Shown here: piece by piece, positions 15,223 to 24,473 of the stretch
Layout: every line of letters starts with the position of its first letter
Numbering within the stretch: position 1 is the first letter of the stretch
Virus record (IMG/VR): IMGVR_UViG_3300037465_000599
Coordinates: 1 to 24,575 of that record
Origin: a virus
Lineage: Duplodnaviria > Caudoviricetes
Strand: one strand, 5' to 3'
DNA length: 24,575 bases
Translations under genes and position numbers: made by a program
Notes under the pieces: model-generated
Told to the model about the DNA's origin: nothing
The model's database searches: none
Seen by the model: only the letters and a program-made list of their open reading frames with translations

Positions 15223-16748
15223 TGGCGGGCCTTCTTGCCCGAGTGGCGCCTGGATGGGCTGCGCAGCGCATGAGGGACCGCCTCGAGCTCGTGCGCCTCG
15301 AGTCCGTCGAGCAGCGTCTGCGAGCCTACTACGATGGTGCATCCAAGGGGCGGCGCCTTGCGGGGTGGAAGGCGCGCGACCTGGGGCCCGAGGGGACGAG
15401 CCTCGACCTTGCGCTCTTGCGCCAACGAGCTCGCGACCTCGGTCGCAACAACCCCTTTGCGTGCTCGGCCCTCGGTGCTCTCGTGGCCGATGTCATCGGC
15501 GAAGGCATTCGTGCGCGCATCGTGAACCGCAGCACGGGCAAGCCTGTGCGCGCGGTCGCCGAGCGCTGGCGCCGTTGGGCGGAGTCGACCGAGTGCGATG
15601 CCGACGGCAACTGCGACCTCTATGGCCTGCAGGCCCTCGCCATGCGCACCCTTGCCGAGTCGGGCGAGGTGCTGATTCGTCGCCGCATCCGGTCGGCGAG
15701 CTTTGGTCTCTCCACGCCGATGCAGCTTCAGGTGATCGAGCCTGACTATCTCGACGCCTCTCGGGACGGCAGGCTCGACAACGGAAACCGCATCGTGGGC
15801 GGTATCGAGGTGGATCGCCGCGGTCAACGCGTCGCCTACCACCTTCGCACCGAGCACCCCGCGACCACGAGCGTGATCCTGAAACACCAGACCGTGCGCG
15901 TGCCCGCGTCCGAGGTCTTGCACCTCTTTCGCGTCGAACGCCCAGGCCAGATGCGCGGAGTCACTTGGCTGGCACCGGTCATCACGCGCCTGCGTCTGCT
16001 CGATGACTACGAGGATGCGGCCCTCGAGCGTGCGCGAGTCGCGGCGTGCTTTGGTGCGTTCATCTACGAGCCCGACGGTCCTGGCGCGGGGCCGTTGGTC
16101 TCGTCGGCGAGCGACGCGAGCACGGCGCTCACCGAGCGCATCGAGCCGGGACTCATCCAGCACCTCGGCCCGGGCCAGGACATTCGCTTCGGGCAGCCCC
16201 CGCAGAACGGCGACTACCCAGACTTCGTGCGGTCGCAGCTTCGCGCCATCGCGGCCGGGCTCGGCATGCCCTACGAGGTGCTCGCCGCAGACCTCTCGCA
16301 GACCAACTACAGCTCGATGCGCGGTGGCTGGCTTCAGTACCACCGACGGATCGTGCAGTGGCGCTGGCACATCTTGATCCCAGTGATGTGCCAGGGCGTG
16401 TGGAGCTGGTGGACCGAGGTCGAGAGCATTGCGAGCGGTCCAGTGAGCGACCGGCTTCGCATCGAGTGGACGCCTCCGACGCGCGAGATGATCGACCCGG
16501 CGAAAGAGATCACAGCCATGGTTCAGCGCATTCGTGCGGGCCTGGTGAGCTGGGCCGAGGCCGTTCGCGAGCAGGGCTACGACCCGGACGACGTGCTCGC
16601 CGAGATCGCCGCCTACCAAGAGCGGGCCGACGAGCTCGGCGTGGTGCTCGATGTCGATGCGCGCCGTTCGGGCCAGGCCGGCGGGCAGGGCCAGGCTGAT
16701 GACGGCGCGAGCGATGGAGCCAGCGGGGAGAGCGATGCCCAAGCCTAA
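15222..16748 (+). CDS. Portal protein, lambda family
   Basis: LRQRARDLGRNNP, LQVIEPDYL, GIEVDRRGQRVAYH, RPGQMRGV, IAAGLGMPYEVL..DLSQTNYSSMR, IDPAKE. Confidence 0.95.
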   Translation: MAGLLARVAPGWAAQRMRDRLELVRLESVEQRLRAYYDGASKGRRLAGWKARDLGPEGTSLDLALLRQRARDLGRNNPFACSALGALVADVIGEGIRARIVNRSTGKPVRAVAERWRRWAESTECDADGNCDLYGLQALAMRTLAESGEVLIRRRIRSASFGLSTPMQLQVIEPDYLDASRDGRLDNGNRIVGGIEVDRRGQRVAYHLRTEHPATTSVILKHQTVRVPASEVLHLFRVERPGQMRGVTWLAPVITRLRLLDDYEDAALERARVAACFGAFIYEPDGPGAGPLVSSASDASTALTERIEPGLIQHLGPGQDIRFGQPPQNGDYPDFVRSQLRAIAAGLGMPYEVLAADLSQTNYSSMRGGWLQYHRRIVQWRWHILIPVMCQGVWSWWTEVESIASGPVSDRLRIEWTPPTREMIDPAKEITAMVQRIRAGLVSWAEAVREQGYDPDDVLAEIAAYQERADELGVVLDVDARRSGQAGGQGQADDGASDGASGESDAQA

Positions 16749-18621
16749 GAAGCCGACCACGCAGATTCGGGGCACGTTCCGCCCGAGCACCGTCAACGAG
16801 GAGGAGCGCACGGTCGAGCTCACCTGGACCACCGGTGCCGATGCGCTGCGCTGGGACCCGTACGATGGCGTTCGCTACTACGAGCGCCTTCGGGTCGACG
16901 ACCAAGCGATCGACATGACGCGCCTTCAGTCGGGCGCGCCCTTGCTCGACAACCACGACCGGTACTCGGGCATGCGCGCGCAGATCGGCGTCGTCGAGCG
17001 AGCGTGGATCGAAGATGGCGAGGGGCGCGCGGTGGTGCGCTTCAGCAAGCGCGCCGAGGTCGAGCCCGTGTTTCGCGATGTGGCGGACGGGATCATTCGC
17101 AACGTCTCGGTCGGATACGCCGCGCGCGCCATGCAGAAGGTCGGCGAGCGCGATGGCATCGCGGTTCGCGAGGTCACGCAGTGGGAGCCGCACGAGGTGT
17201 CCCTGGTCACCGTCAACGCAGACGCCCGGGCGCAGGTCCGCGGCGCTTCTGAGATCGAGGAAGAAGAACCCATGGTCGTTCCCAACAACCACTCGTCCAC
17301 CGAAGCTCGAGCCGCCAGCCCTGTCGGGCCGGCGCCAGCACCCGACAGTGTCGGCGTCGACGAAGCACGTCGTGCCGGTGCTGAGCAAGAGCGGGCCCGC
17401 ATTCAGACGATCACCGAGCTTGCGACCCGCGCCAAGGTTCCCGAGCTCGCCCGGTCCCTCATCGAGGAAGGTCGTTCGGTGGAGCAGGCGCGCGCTGCGA
17501 TCCTCGACGCCCTGGTCGAGCGCGACGCCTCCGAAGTGAACCATCAGCACGTCGAGGTAGTCGACCCCTCGGCACGCGCGGCGAGCTTTCGCTTGGCGAT
17601 GGTCGACGGGATCCTGGCGCGCGCGCTGCAGACGACGCCCAGCGAGGCGGGGCGAGACTACGCGGGCATGTCCCTTCTTCGCGCTGCGGAGGAAGTGCTG
17701 CGCCAGCGGGGCGAGCGGGTCTCCTTTGCGCGACCCTCCGAGATTGCGCAGCGTGCGATGGCAACAGCCGACTTCACGGCGATCATGGCCGATGTCGCAG
17801 GGCGCTCGCTCCGCCAGGGGTACGAGGGCGCACCGCAGACCTTCCGCCCTCTGTTTCGACAGTCGAGCGCGGCCAACTTCAAGAATGTGGAGCGGGTCGC
17901 GCTGAGCGACGCCCCGAACCTCGAGCCCGTGGCTGAGGGAGCGGACTACACCGAGGGCACCCTGAGCGACGCGAAGGAGACCTACCGGGTCACGAAGTTC
18001 GGTCGCATCGTCGCGGTGACCTGGGAGGCGATCATCAACGACGACCTCGACGCCATCTCGCGCTTTCCGCAGCGCCTGGGGGCGGCCGCGAGCTTCCGCG
18101 AGTCGGACACGGTGTGGGGTCTGCTCAACGCGAACGGCGTGATGGCGGACGGTCAGCCGATCTTCAGCGCGGCGCACAGCAACACCGCGGGCGGCGTGTT
18201 CGGCCTTGCGACAGTGAAGGCTGCCCGGACGGCGATGCGCAAGCAGTCCACGCCGCAGGGCCGCGCCATGAACCTCTTCCCGACGTACCTCGTGGTCGGT
18301 CCTGACCTCGAGAACGAAGCGGAGCTGATGCTGCAGGAAAACGCCCTCGTCGTGCGCGGGGAGATCCTTCCTCAGCGCCTGCGCGGGCTGAACCTCGTGG
18401 TCGAGCCGCGCATCACAGGCACGCGCTGGTTCATGACCACCGACACGAACCAGGTCGACACGCTCGAGTACGCGTACCTGAGCGGCGAAGAGGGCGTGCG
18501 ACTCACGTCGTCGGAAGAGCCCTTCACGCGCGACGGAGTGAGCTGGAAGGCGCGCCTCGTCTTCGGTGCGGGCGTGATCGACTTTCGCGGCCTGTACATG
18601 GGCACGGGCGTCGCGCCCTGA
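16735..18621 (+). CDS. Prohead protease / scaffold / major capsid protein fusion
   Basis: Protease motifs PLLDNHD, NVSVGY, EVSLV; ERARIQTI scaffold-like helix; capsid part TADF..NFK..YRVTKFGRIVAVTWEAIINDDL..GAGVIDFRGLY; start ATG 16735 with GGGGAG RBS. Confidence 0.92.
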   Translation: MPKPKKPTTQIRGTFRPSTVNEEERTVELTWTTGADALRWDPYDGVRYYERLRVDDQAIDMTRLQSGAPLLDNHDRYSGMRAQIGVVERAWIEDGEGRAVVRFSKRAEVEPVFRDVADGIIRNVSVGYAARAMQKVGERDGIAVREVTQWEPHEVSLVTVNADARAQVRGASEIEEEEPMVVPNNHSSTEARAASPVGPAPAPDSVGVDEARRAGAEQERARIQTITELATRAKVPELARSLIEEGRSVEQARAAILDALVERDASEVNHQHVEVVDPSARAASFRLAMVDGILARALQTTPSEAGRDYAGMSLLRAAEEVLRQRGERVSFARPSEIAQRAMATADFTAIMADVAGRSLRQGYEGAPQTFRPLFRQSSAANFKNVERVALSDAPNLEPVAEGADYTEGTLSDAKETYRVTKFGRIVAVTWEAIINDDLDAISRFPQRLGAAASFRESDTVWGLLNANGVMADGQPIFSAAHSNTAGGVFGLATVKAARTAMRKQSTPQGRAMNLFPTYLVVGPDLENEAELMLQENALVVRGEILPQRLRGLNLVVEPRITGTRWFMTTDTNQVDTLEYAYLSGEEGVRLTSSEEPFTRDGVSWKARLVFGAGVIDFRGLYMGTGVAP

Positions 18622-18644
18622 ACCTCAACCTCAACCCACGGAGA

Positions 18645-18974
18645 ATGTCCATGGCTTCTTACACACATCAGACGGGCGGTGAGATGGTCACCGTCGAGAA
18701 CGTCGGCGAGCTGCAGCGCGGCACGCTCGTCGTCATCGGAGCCCTCGTGGGCATCTGCTCCACGTACACCGCAGGCACCGCCGTTCTGCGCGTGGGCGGG
18801 CAGGTCACCGGGCCCGTCGCGAGCTCCAAGGACGTACCGCTCGAGGTCGGCGCGCCCGTGTACATCGACAAGGACGGCCTGACCACCATTGCGAGCAAGA
18901 CGGCGCGCGCGGTCGGCGTGCTCTTGTCGAAGGGGCCCCAGCCGCGGGTCTTTCTGCGAGGGATCATCGCGTGA
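18645..18974 (+). CDS. Capsid cement/decoration-like protein (DUF2190-like)
   Basis: About 109 aa after the capsid gene; YTHQTGGEMVTV..GTLVVIGALVGI..VGAPVY..AVGV. Confidence 0.7.
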   Translation: MSMASYTHQTGGEMVTVENVGELQRGTLVVIGALVGICSTYTAGTAVLRVGGQVTGPVASSKDVPLEVGAPVYIDKDGLTTIASKTARAVGVLLSKGPQPRVFLRGIIA

Positions 18975-19282
18975 GCTCGTGGCCATCCATCCTGGCGAGC
19001 GCCCAGCGTGCGCTCACGGCCTCGCTCGGCGAGACGGCCGTGTTGTCTCTCGACGACGCGACAGCCGAGGTCCGAGGCGTGCTCTTGAGCGCGCCACTGG
19101 TCGCCGAGGTCGGCGGCGCCGACGTTCGTGACACGGCGCCCGTGCTTCACCTCCGCACGACCGAGCTGCCCGTGTGGGTCGATCGAGGGGCGCGGGTCGA
19201 TGTGGGCGGGCGCGTGCTCGAGGTGTTCGACGTCGTCGATGACGGCGAGGGCATGACGGAGCTGAGACTCAGATGCCTGTAG
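18971..19282 (+). CDS. Head-tail joining / head closure protein (lambda FII-like)
   Basis: Position, 103 aa, C-terminal VFDVVDDGEGMTELRL. Confidence 0.7.
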   Translation: MSSWPSILASAQRALTASLGETAVLSLDDATAEVRGVLLSAPLVAEVGGADVRDTAPVLHLRTTELPVWVDRGARVDVGGRVLEVFDVVDDGEGMTELRLRCL

Positions 19283-19803
19283 TCCTCGACGTCAATATCG
19301 CCGAGGTCGACGCGCTCGCCCGAAGCGTGGGTGCGGTCGAGTCGGTCGTGCGCAAGGCCATGGATGCGGCTCTCCGAAGGACCGCACGCCACGTGTTCAC
19401 GCATGTGCGGCGGTCTGTCGGAAGGGCCGCCAACGCACCGCAGAAGGCCCTCAAGGACCGTCTTCGCATGCGAGTGCGTCGGGAGCGCGGGACCGCGGTC
19501 ATCTGGGTTGGCCTGAACCCGTTGAACCCGGTGCGTGTGGGCGCAAGGCAAACGCGCCGCGGCGTCACAGCACGCGGGGGTCGCAGGTGGGACCGGGCCT
19601 TCATCGCCAACGGCAAGAACGGGAGGGAGCGCGTGTTTCGTCGCACAAGCAAGGCGCGGTTGCCGCTCGAGGCGCCGATGGTCTCTATCGAGCGAGAGGT
19701 CGTCGCAGCCCTTCAAGAGGCGGACGTTCCCTCGGCGACGGACTTCTACTTCCGAACCCTTCGGCACGAGCTTCGTCGCCGGGTGGAGGGGATCAGTGGC
19801 TGA
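19273..19803 (+). CDS. Minor tail / tail completion protein (lambda Z-like)
   Basis: Basic; ALRRTAR, IWVGLNP, AFIA..RVFRRTSKARLPL. Confidence 0.75.
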   Translation: MPVVLDVNIAEVDALARSVGAVESVVRKAMDAALRRTARHVFTHVRRSVGRAANAPQKALKDRLRMRVRRERGTAVIWVGLNPLNPVRVGARQTRRGVTARGGRRWDRAFIANGKNGRERVFRRTSKARLPLEAPMVSIEREVVAALQEADVPSATDFYFRTLRHELRRRVEGISG

Positions 19804-20332
19804 GTCGACGACCGTAGAAGCGCACCTCGACGCCGTGCTCGCCTGGGCTCGGAGCGTGCCTGGGGTGGAGCACGTCGAGCCCTTTGGGGGCCTTGTGGAG
19901 GACTGTCGGCGCGCGACCGTCGTGGTCGAGATCGCCGAGGCCGACACGCTCGACGAGCTCGGCTTGGGCCGCGAGCTGTGGGAGGCGACCGTTGGCATCG
20001 AGCTGACGATCCTTACTCCGCGGTCATCCCGCCCGCGCAACGCCGCTGTGAACGCATTTGCCCTCGCGCTCGAGCTCGGCCTACAAGCCCGCTGGAAGCA
20101 GTTCGGCGGCGCGGGACCGGTTCGTCTCGTGCGGGTGGACCGCGAGGTCGCTCCCGAGCTCATGGGCCACTGGGACAGCGCCCGGGTGGTGCTCGAACAG
20201 ACCGTGCGCTTTGCGCCCTCTGCCTCATCTCCGCTCGAGGCCCAGCACATCGACGTCGTCTACACATCGCGACCTCCGAACATCGGCAACGACCACCGCG
20301 AGGACTACGAGGAGCTGAGCGATGTCCGTTGA
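19796..20332 (+). CDS. Probable tail terminator / neck protein
   Basis: GTG start with GGAGGG RBS; position after the Z-like gene; C-terminal PNIGNDHREDY motif. Confidence 0.6.
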   Translation: MAESTTVEAHLDAVLAWARSVPGVEHVEPFGGLVEDCRRATVVVEIAEADTLDELGLGRELWEATVGIELTILTPRSSRPRNAAVNAFALALELGLQARWKQFGGAGPVRLVRVDREVAPELMGHWDSARVVLEQTVRFAPSASSPLEAQHIDVVYTSRPPNIGNDHREDYEELSDVR

Positions 20333-20648
20333 TCGCACCACGGGCGCCGAGCTCGGTCTACTCGACGACATTCGTCAGGCGATCGCCAACATCCTGGCTA
20401 CCCCTCCGAGCGCAAGGCCGATGCGTCCCGACTACGGAAGCCGCTTGCACGCGCTGATCGACAGCCCCCTCAACGGGCGCGGGATGGCGCGGCTGGTGGA
20501 GGCGACCGTCAGCGCCATCACAGCGCACGAGAAGCGCATCCGTGTGCAGCGCGTGCAGGTCGACGTCACTCCAGGCACGGTCGTCTTCGACATCACCGGT
20601 CAGGTGCGCGGCTCCTCGGCCAACCTCTCGGTCGAGGTTCCGCGATGA
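20322..20648 (+). CDS. Baseplate wedge protein, gpW/gp25 family
   Basis: DRTTG..DIRQAIANILATP..RPMRPDYGSRLHALIDSP..AITAHEKRIRV. Confidence 0.92.
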   Translation: MSVDRTTGAELGLLDDIRQAIANILATPPSARPMRPDYGSRLHALIDSPLNGRGMARLVEATVSAITAHEKRIRVQRVQVDVTPGTVVFDITGQVRGSSANLSVEVPR

Positions 20649-21502
20649 CCGACCTGTCACGCATTGCGCCGCCGGATGCACTTGAGCGTCTCTCCTTTGA
20701 GCAGATCCGCGGCGAGATGCTCGCCGCCCTGTCGCCGACGCTTGGGGCGCTTGCGCCCACCCATCCGATTCACCAAGCGGTGGAGGTCTTTGCGTACCGC
20801 GAGCTCTACTTGCGCGCGCGCATCAACGACGCGGTGAAAGCCGCGCTCTTGCCGACCTCGTGGGGGACGAACCTCGACAACATCGGCGCACGCGATGAGA
20901 CGGAGCGACGAGTACTCGCTCCAGGTGACCCGAGCGCAGTGCCCCCAAGGCTCCCGGTGCTCGAAGATGATGACGCCTTCCGGCTGCGCATTGTCGAAGC
21001 GGCTCGAGCCATTGGCGCCGGTGTCGTGGAGGCCTACGAATCGGCGGCGCGTGCAGCGCACATCGCCATCGAGGACGTCCTCGCGGAGCGTGCGGGGCCT
21101 GCCCAAGCGAGGATCTGGGTGCTGCCATCGAGCGATGACGCTGCAGACGATCAAATCGTCGCGGCCGTGCTCGCCGCCATCGAGCCCGTTCGTGTGCTCA
21201 CCGACGAGGTCGTCATCAGCCTGGCCAGCAGCGCTGCTCGTGGCGTGGTGGCTACCCTCTACACCGCGCCGGGCCCTGACCGTCAGGTCGTGCTCGCCGA
21301 GTCGCAGAGGCGTGTCGAGGCCTGGGTCAAGAGCGTGCGCCGCATCGGCCGCCCCGTGTTCGGAACCGAGCTCTCCGCCGCGGCAACCGTGCCCGGGGTC
21401 GTGCGCGTCGAGCATGACCTTGCGGACCAGCCTGCAGCATCGGGCGTTGCGTACGCGCTCGACATCTCTCTGAGCGCCATGGAGGCCACGTGGCGAGTCT
21501 GA
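20645..21502 (+). CDS. Baseplate J-family protein
   Basis: DLSRIAPPDALERLSFE..AYRELYLRARINDA..GTNLDNIG..EDDDAFRLRI..VRVLTDEV. Confidence 0.92.
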   Translation: MTDLSRIAPPDALERLSFEQIRGEMLAALSPTLGALAPTHPIHQAVEVFAYRELYLRARINDAVKAALLPTSWGTNLDNIGARDETERRVLAPGDPSAVPPRLPVLEDDDAFRLRIVEAARAIGAGVVEAYESAARAAHIAIEDVLAERAGPAQARIWVLPSSDDAADDQIVAAVLAAIEPVRVLTDEVVISLASSAARGVVATLYTAPGPDRQVVLAESQRRVEAWVKSVRRIGRPVFGTELSAAATVPGVVRVEHDLADQPAASGVAYALDISLSAMEATWRV

Positions 21503-22029
21503 TCCGCGCGACAGACGGTAAGGTTCTGAGCGCGCTCGACGCCTTGTTCGAGGCGCGCCTGAGCACGCTCGACGTTCCCGTGCTCGACGTGCTCGACGCC
21601 GAGCGATGCCCCCTCGCCATGCTGCCCTGGCTCGCCTGGCACTACGGGCTTCTGCACTTCGACTCGCGTTGGCCTGCAAGCGTGCAGCGGGAGGTCGTGC
21701 GACAGGCGCGGCTCATCCTGCGCGAGCGAGGTACGCGCCGCGGCATGCTGCGCGCGCTCGAAGCCTATGGGGCCCGCGTCGACGTGCTCGAGCGCGCCCA
21801 GGACGCTGCGCTCGAGCACGGGACCTTTGAGGTTCGCGTCGCCAGGCTCGACCCGATCAACGACGACGCCGACGAGCAGCGCGAGATCGACCGTGCCATT
21901 CGGCGGTCTGCGCCTCTGACGCGTCCGTGGGTGCTCACGGTGGGAGCCAGAGAGAGCTGGGCGCATGGGGTGGCTTCCGCGGCCCGCGTCGCCGTACTCA
22001 TCGAAGTCGAGGGGGTGAGCGTTGGCTGA
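21490..22029 (+). CDS. Baseplate/tail protein I (P2 gpI-like)
   Basis: CPLAMLPWLAW..W..QREVV..RGT..RALE. Confidence 0.9.
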   Translation: MASLIRATDGKVLSALDALFEARLSTLDVPVLDVLDAERCPLAMLPWLAWHYGLLHFDSRWPASVQREVVRQARLILRERGTRRGMLRALEAYGARVDVLERAQDAALEHGTFEVRVARLDPINDDADEQREIDRAIRRSAPLTRPWVLTVGARESWAHGVASAARVAVLIEVEGVSVG

Positions 22030-22999
22030 GCTCGCCGGAAATCCCGTGCTCACGACGGCCGGACGCTCTGCGCTCCTCGGCGGCACGTTCCACGTCGCCG
22101 CTCTGGCCCTGGGAGACGACGGCTCCTGGACGGCCGCCTCGAACACGACGGCCCTTGGCTCCGAGCGAGCACGCCTCACGCCTCAGGTGCAGGTCGAGCA
22201 AGTCGGCACGAGCGTGCGCTTGCATGTGGTCGCCCTCGACCAGTCAGCGATCGAGTATCCCGTCCGTGAGTTTGCCCTGCTCAGCTCCGCGGGCACGGTG
22301 CTGTTGGCGCATGCCCAGCCGTTCACCATCGCGGTGAAGACGGCTCAGTCGACGTTGATGTTCGTGGTCGACATCGCCCTGAGCGACGCGGACGCAGGGG
22401 CGATTCAGCTGGGCGACACGGACTTCGTCCTGCCCGCTGCAACCACCGCGCGCTCGGGCATCACCCGCTACGCAACTCGAGCAGAGGGGATCGCTGGCGT
22501 GGCGACCGACCGTGCCGTCACCCCCTCCGCGCTGCAGGCCGCTCTGGACGACACGCTCTCTCCCTGGCTGTCGTGGGTGTCGATCCCGCTCAGCAACGCG
22601 GTGACGGTGCCAGACGCGACCTATTGGTCCCTGAACGCGAACCTGTGGCAGCGGACGGCCGTCGGCTCGGGTCCCGTCTTGCTTGCGTTCGAGGCGATGC
22701 TGCCGCCGCGTGCGACGATCCGAAAGGTCCGATGTGCGCTCAGTAACCCCACTGGGATCGAGATTCTGCTGCGGCGAACCACCTACGAGTCCGAGATCGC
22801 GAAGTCGCTAGTCAGCAATGCATCCACCGTTCGTGTCGAAGCCACGAACCTCGTCGAAGCCGAGGTTCCTGACGGTTTCTTCTCCGTGCTCGCGACCCAG
22901 GACGCTCCGCTCCTGATGCTGCAGCTCCGAGGCGACTTCCCAGCAAACACGTTCATCTCTCGACCCGCTGTGCAGGTTGAGATCCCCATTCATCCCTGA
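22022..22999 (+). CDS. Short tail fibre / tail-collar fibre protein
   Basis: LTTAG..LALGD..TALGSE..VREFAL..GTVLLA N-terminal domain; ATTARSGITRYAT..DRAVTPSAL shaft motif; unassigned C-terminal domain. Confidence 0.8.
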   Translation: MAELAGNPVLTTAGRSALLGGTFHVAALALGDDGSWTAASNTTALGSERARLTPQVQVEQVGTSVRLHVVALDQSAIEYPVREFALLSSAGTVLLAHAQPFTIAVKTAQSTLMFVVDIALSDADAGAIQLGDTDFVLPAATTARSGITRYATRAEGIAGVATDRAVTPSALQAALDDTLSPWLSWVSIPLSNAVTVPDATYWSLNANLWQRTAVGSGPVLLAFEAMLPPRATIRKVRCALSNPTGIEILLRRTTYESEIAKSLVSNASTVRVEATNLVEAEVPDGFFSVLATQDAPLLMLQLRGDFPANTFISRPAVQVEIPIHP

Positions 23000-23012
23000 G
23001 GAGAGAAACAGC

Positions 23013-24140
23013 ATGGGAGTTCATGGAGTAAGCGTCACCGAGCTGACCGAGGGCACCCGCCCTGTCGCGGTCAATTCTCCCTCGGCCATCGGCCTCGTCG
23101 GAAGCGCCACGGCAGCGACCGGCCTCGACGTCGGCGAGACGAAGGTCGTCCGCAGCGAAAAGGACGTGAGAGACCTCGGACTGAACGAGACCAGCAGCCT
23201 GGCGCGCGCATTGGCCGGCATCTTTCTGCAGACCAAGGCCGCTGTCGTGGTTCATCGCGTCGAGCACGACGCCGATCCTACCGACCTCGCCATCAACGTC
23301 GCAGGCATCGCGTCCGAGGGGTCCGGGGTCTGGGCGTTCACGCGAGCGGCCGCAGACGTGGGGGTGGTGCCCAAGATCCTCATCGCCCCAGGCGTCTCCC
23401 ACGTCGCCGCTGTGTATGGCGCTCTCGTCGCTGTCGCGAACCGACTACGAGCCGTCGCGCTGCTCGATGGCCCCAGCACGACCGATGCGGAGGTGATTGC
23501 GCTCGCGGGCTCAGTTTCGGATCCCAAGGGGCGCGCCTACCTCGTCGACCCTCACGTCGTCGTCCATGGCGAAGCCGTCCCCGCGTCGCCCTATGCGGCC
23601 GGGGTCATCGCCCGAACCGACCAGGAGCGCGGCTGGTGGTCGTCGCCCTCGAACCAGCCGGTCGTCGGCCTCGATGGACTGGCCCGCCCGATTGGCTTCG
23701 CGCTCGGCGATGCGTCGAGTCAGGCGCAGACCCTCAACGCCGCCAAGGTCGCGACCATCATCCGCCAGGACGGCTGGCGCTTGTGGGGAAACCGTGGCCT
23801 TGGCACCGAGCCGATCACTGCGTTCCTCAGCGTTCGCCGCACTGCGGATGTAGTCGCCGAGAGCATCCAACGCGCGCATCTGTGGGCCGTCGACCGCGGC
23901 ATCACGTTCAACCTCATCGAGAGCATCGTCGAGAGCACCAACGGATTCCTCCGTTCGCTCAAGGCTCAGGGAGCAATCATCGACGGCGAGGCGTGGGCCG
24001 ACCCCGAGCTCAACACGGTCGCCACGCTGGCCAATGGCGAGCTGTTCGTCGACTACAAGTTCACGGCCGTCTACCCGGCCGAGAGCATCCAGTTTCGCCA
24101 GCACCTGACCACCGAGTTCCTCGACCAGATCGTCCAGTGA
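23013..24140 (+). CDS. Tail sheath protein (P2 FI-like)
   Basis: HGVSVTE..IGLVGSA, PKILIAPG, AGVIARTD..GWWSSPSN, GWRLWGNR, FLSVRRTAD, PAESIQF; start ATG 23013. Confidence 0.95.
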   Translation: MGVHGVSVTELTEGTRPVAVNSPSAIGLVGSATAATGLDVGETKVVRSEKDVRDLGLNETSSLARALAGIFLQTKAAVVVHRVEHDADPTDLAINVAGIASEGSGVWAFTRAAADVGVVPKILIAPGVSHVAAVYGALVAVANRLRAVALLDGPSTTDAEVIALAGSVSDPKGRAYLVDPHVVVHGEAVPASPYAAGVIARTDQERGWWSSPSNQPVVGLDGLARPIGFALGDASSQAQTLNAAKVATIIRQDGWRLWGNRGLGTEPITAFLSVRRTADVVAESIQRAHLWAVDRGITFNLIESIVESTNGFLRSLKAQGAIIDGEAWADPELNTVATLANGELFVDYKFTAVYPAESIQFRQHLTTEFLDQIVQ

Positions 24141-24152
24141 AGAAGGGATGCC

Positions 24153-24473
24153 ATGAGTTATCGCGACGTGCTGAGAGACTTCAACCTGTACGTGGACGGC
24201 CTGGGCTACGCGGGTCGGCTGCGCTCCTATTCGCCTCCCAAGGTCACGGTGGTCGAGGAAGACTACCGCGCGGCGGGCATGGACGCGCCCATCGCCATCG
24301 ACCTCGGCATCGAAAAGCTCGTCGCGGAGTGCTCACTCGGCGCCTACGACGCAGACATCATGAGCCGCGTCGGTCAGACCCTGATCGACACGATCTCGAG
24401 GAGAACGTCTCGGCAGCTTGCCGAAATTCTGGAAACCACCGTTCGTCGCCATATGCCGTGCGTGCATGAATGA
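24153..24473 (+). pseudogene. Major tail tube protein (P2 FII-like), apparently truncated near codon 75-80
   Basis: LRDFNLYVDGLGYAG..PKVT..EDYRAAGMDAPIAIDLGIEKL is FII-like; similarity and codon style change after IMSRVG; 106 aa against about 170 aa usual for the family. Confidence 0.78.

Noticed and set aside
11094-18177. Long antisense ORFs (11094-12359, 13461-14864, 15216-16832, 16510-18177)
   Set aside because: Shadow frames of well-supported GC-rich genes, with no recognisable motifs.
18621-18636. AACCTC-AACCTC-AACC microrepeat after the capsid stop
   Set aside because: Too short to assign; probably an unstructured spacer ahead of the next RBS.
22022-22999. Diversity-generating retroelement or invertible fibre cassette
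   Set aside because: No reverse transcriptase, invertase or template-repeat copy of the fibre 3' end seen in the window.
20322-24473. Tailocin, eCIS or T6SS interpretation of the baseplate/sheath/tube genes
   Set aside because: They are contiguous with terminase, portal, capsid, replication and immunity genes, so this is a prophage.
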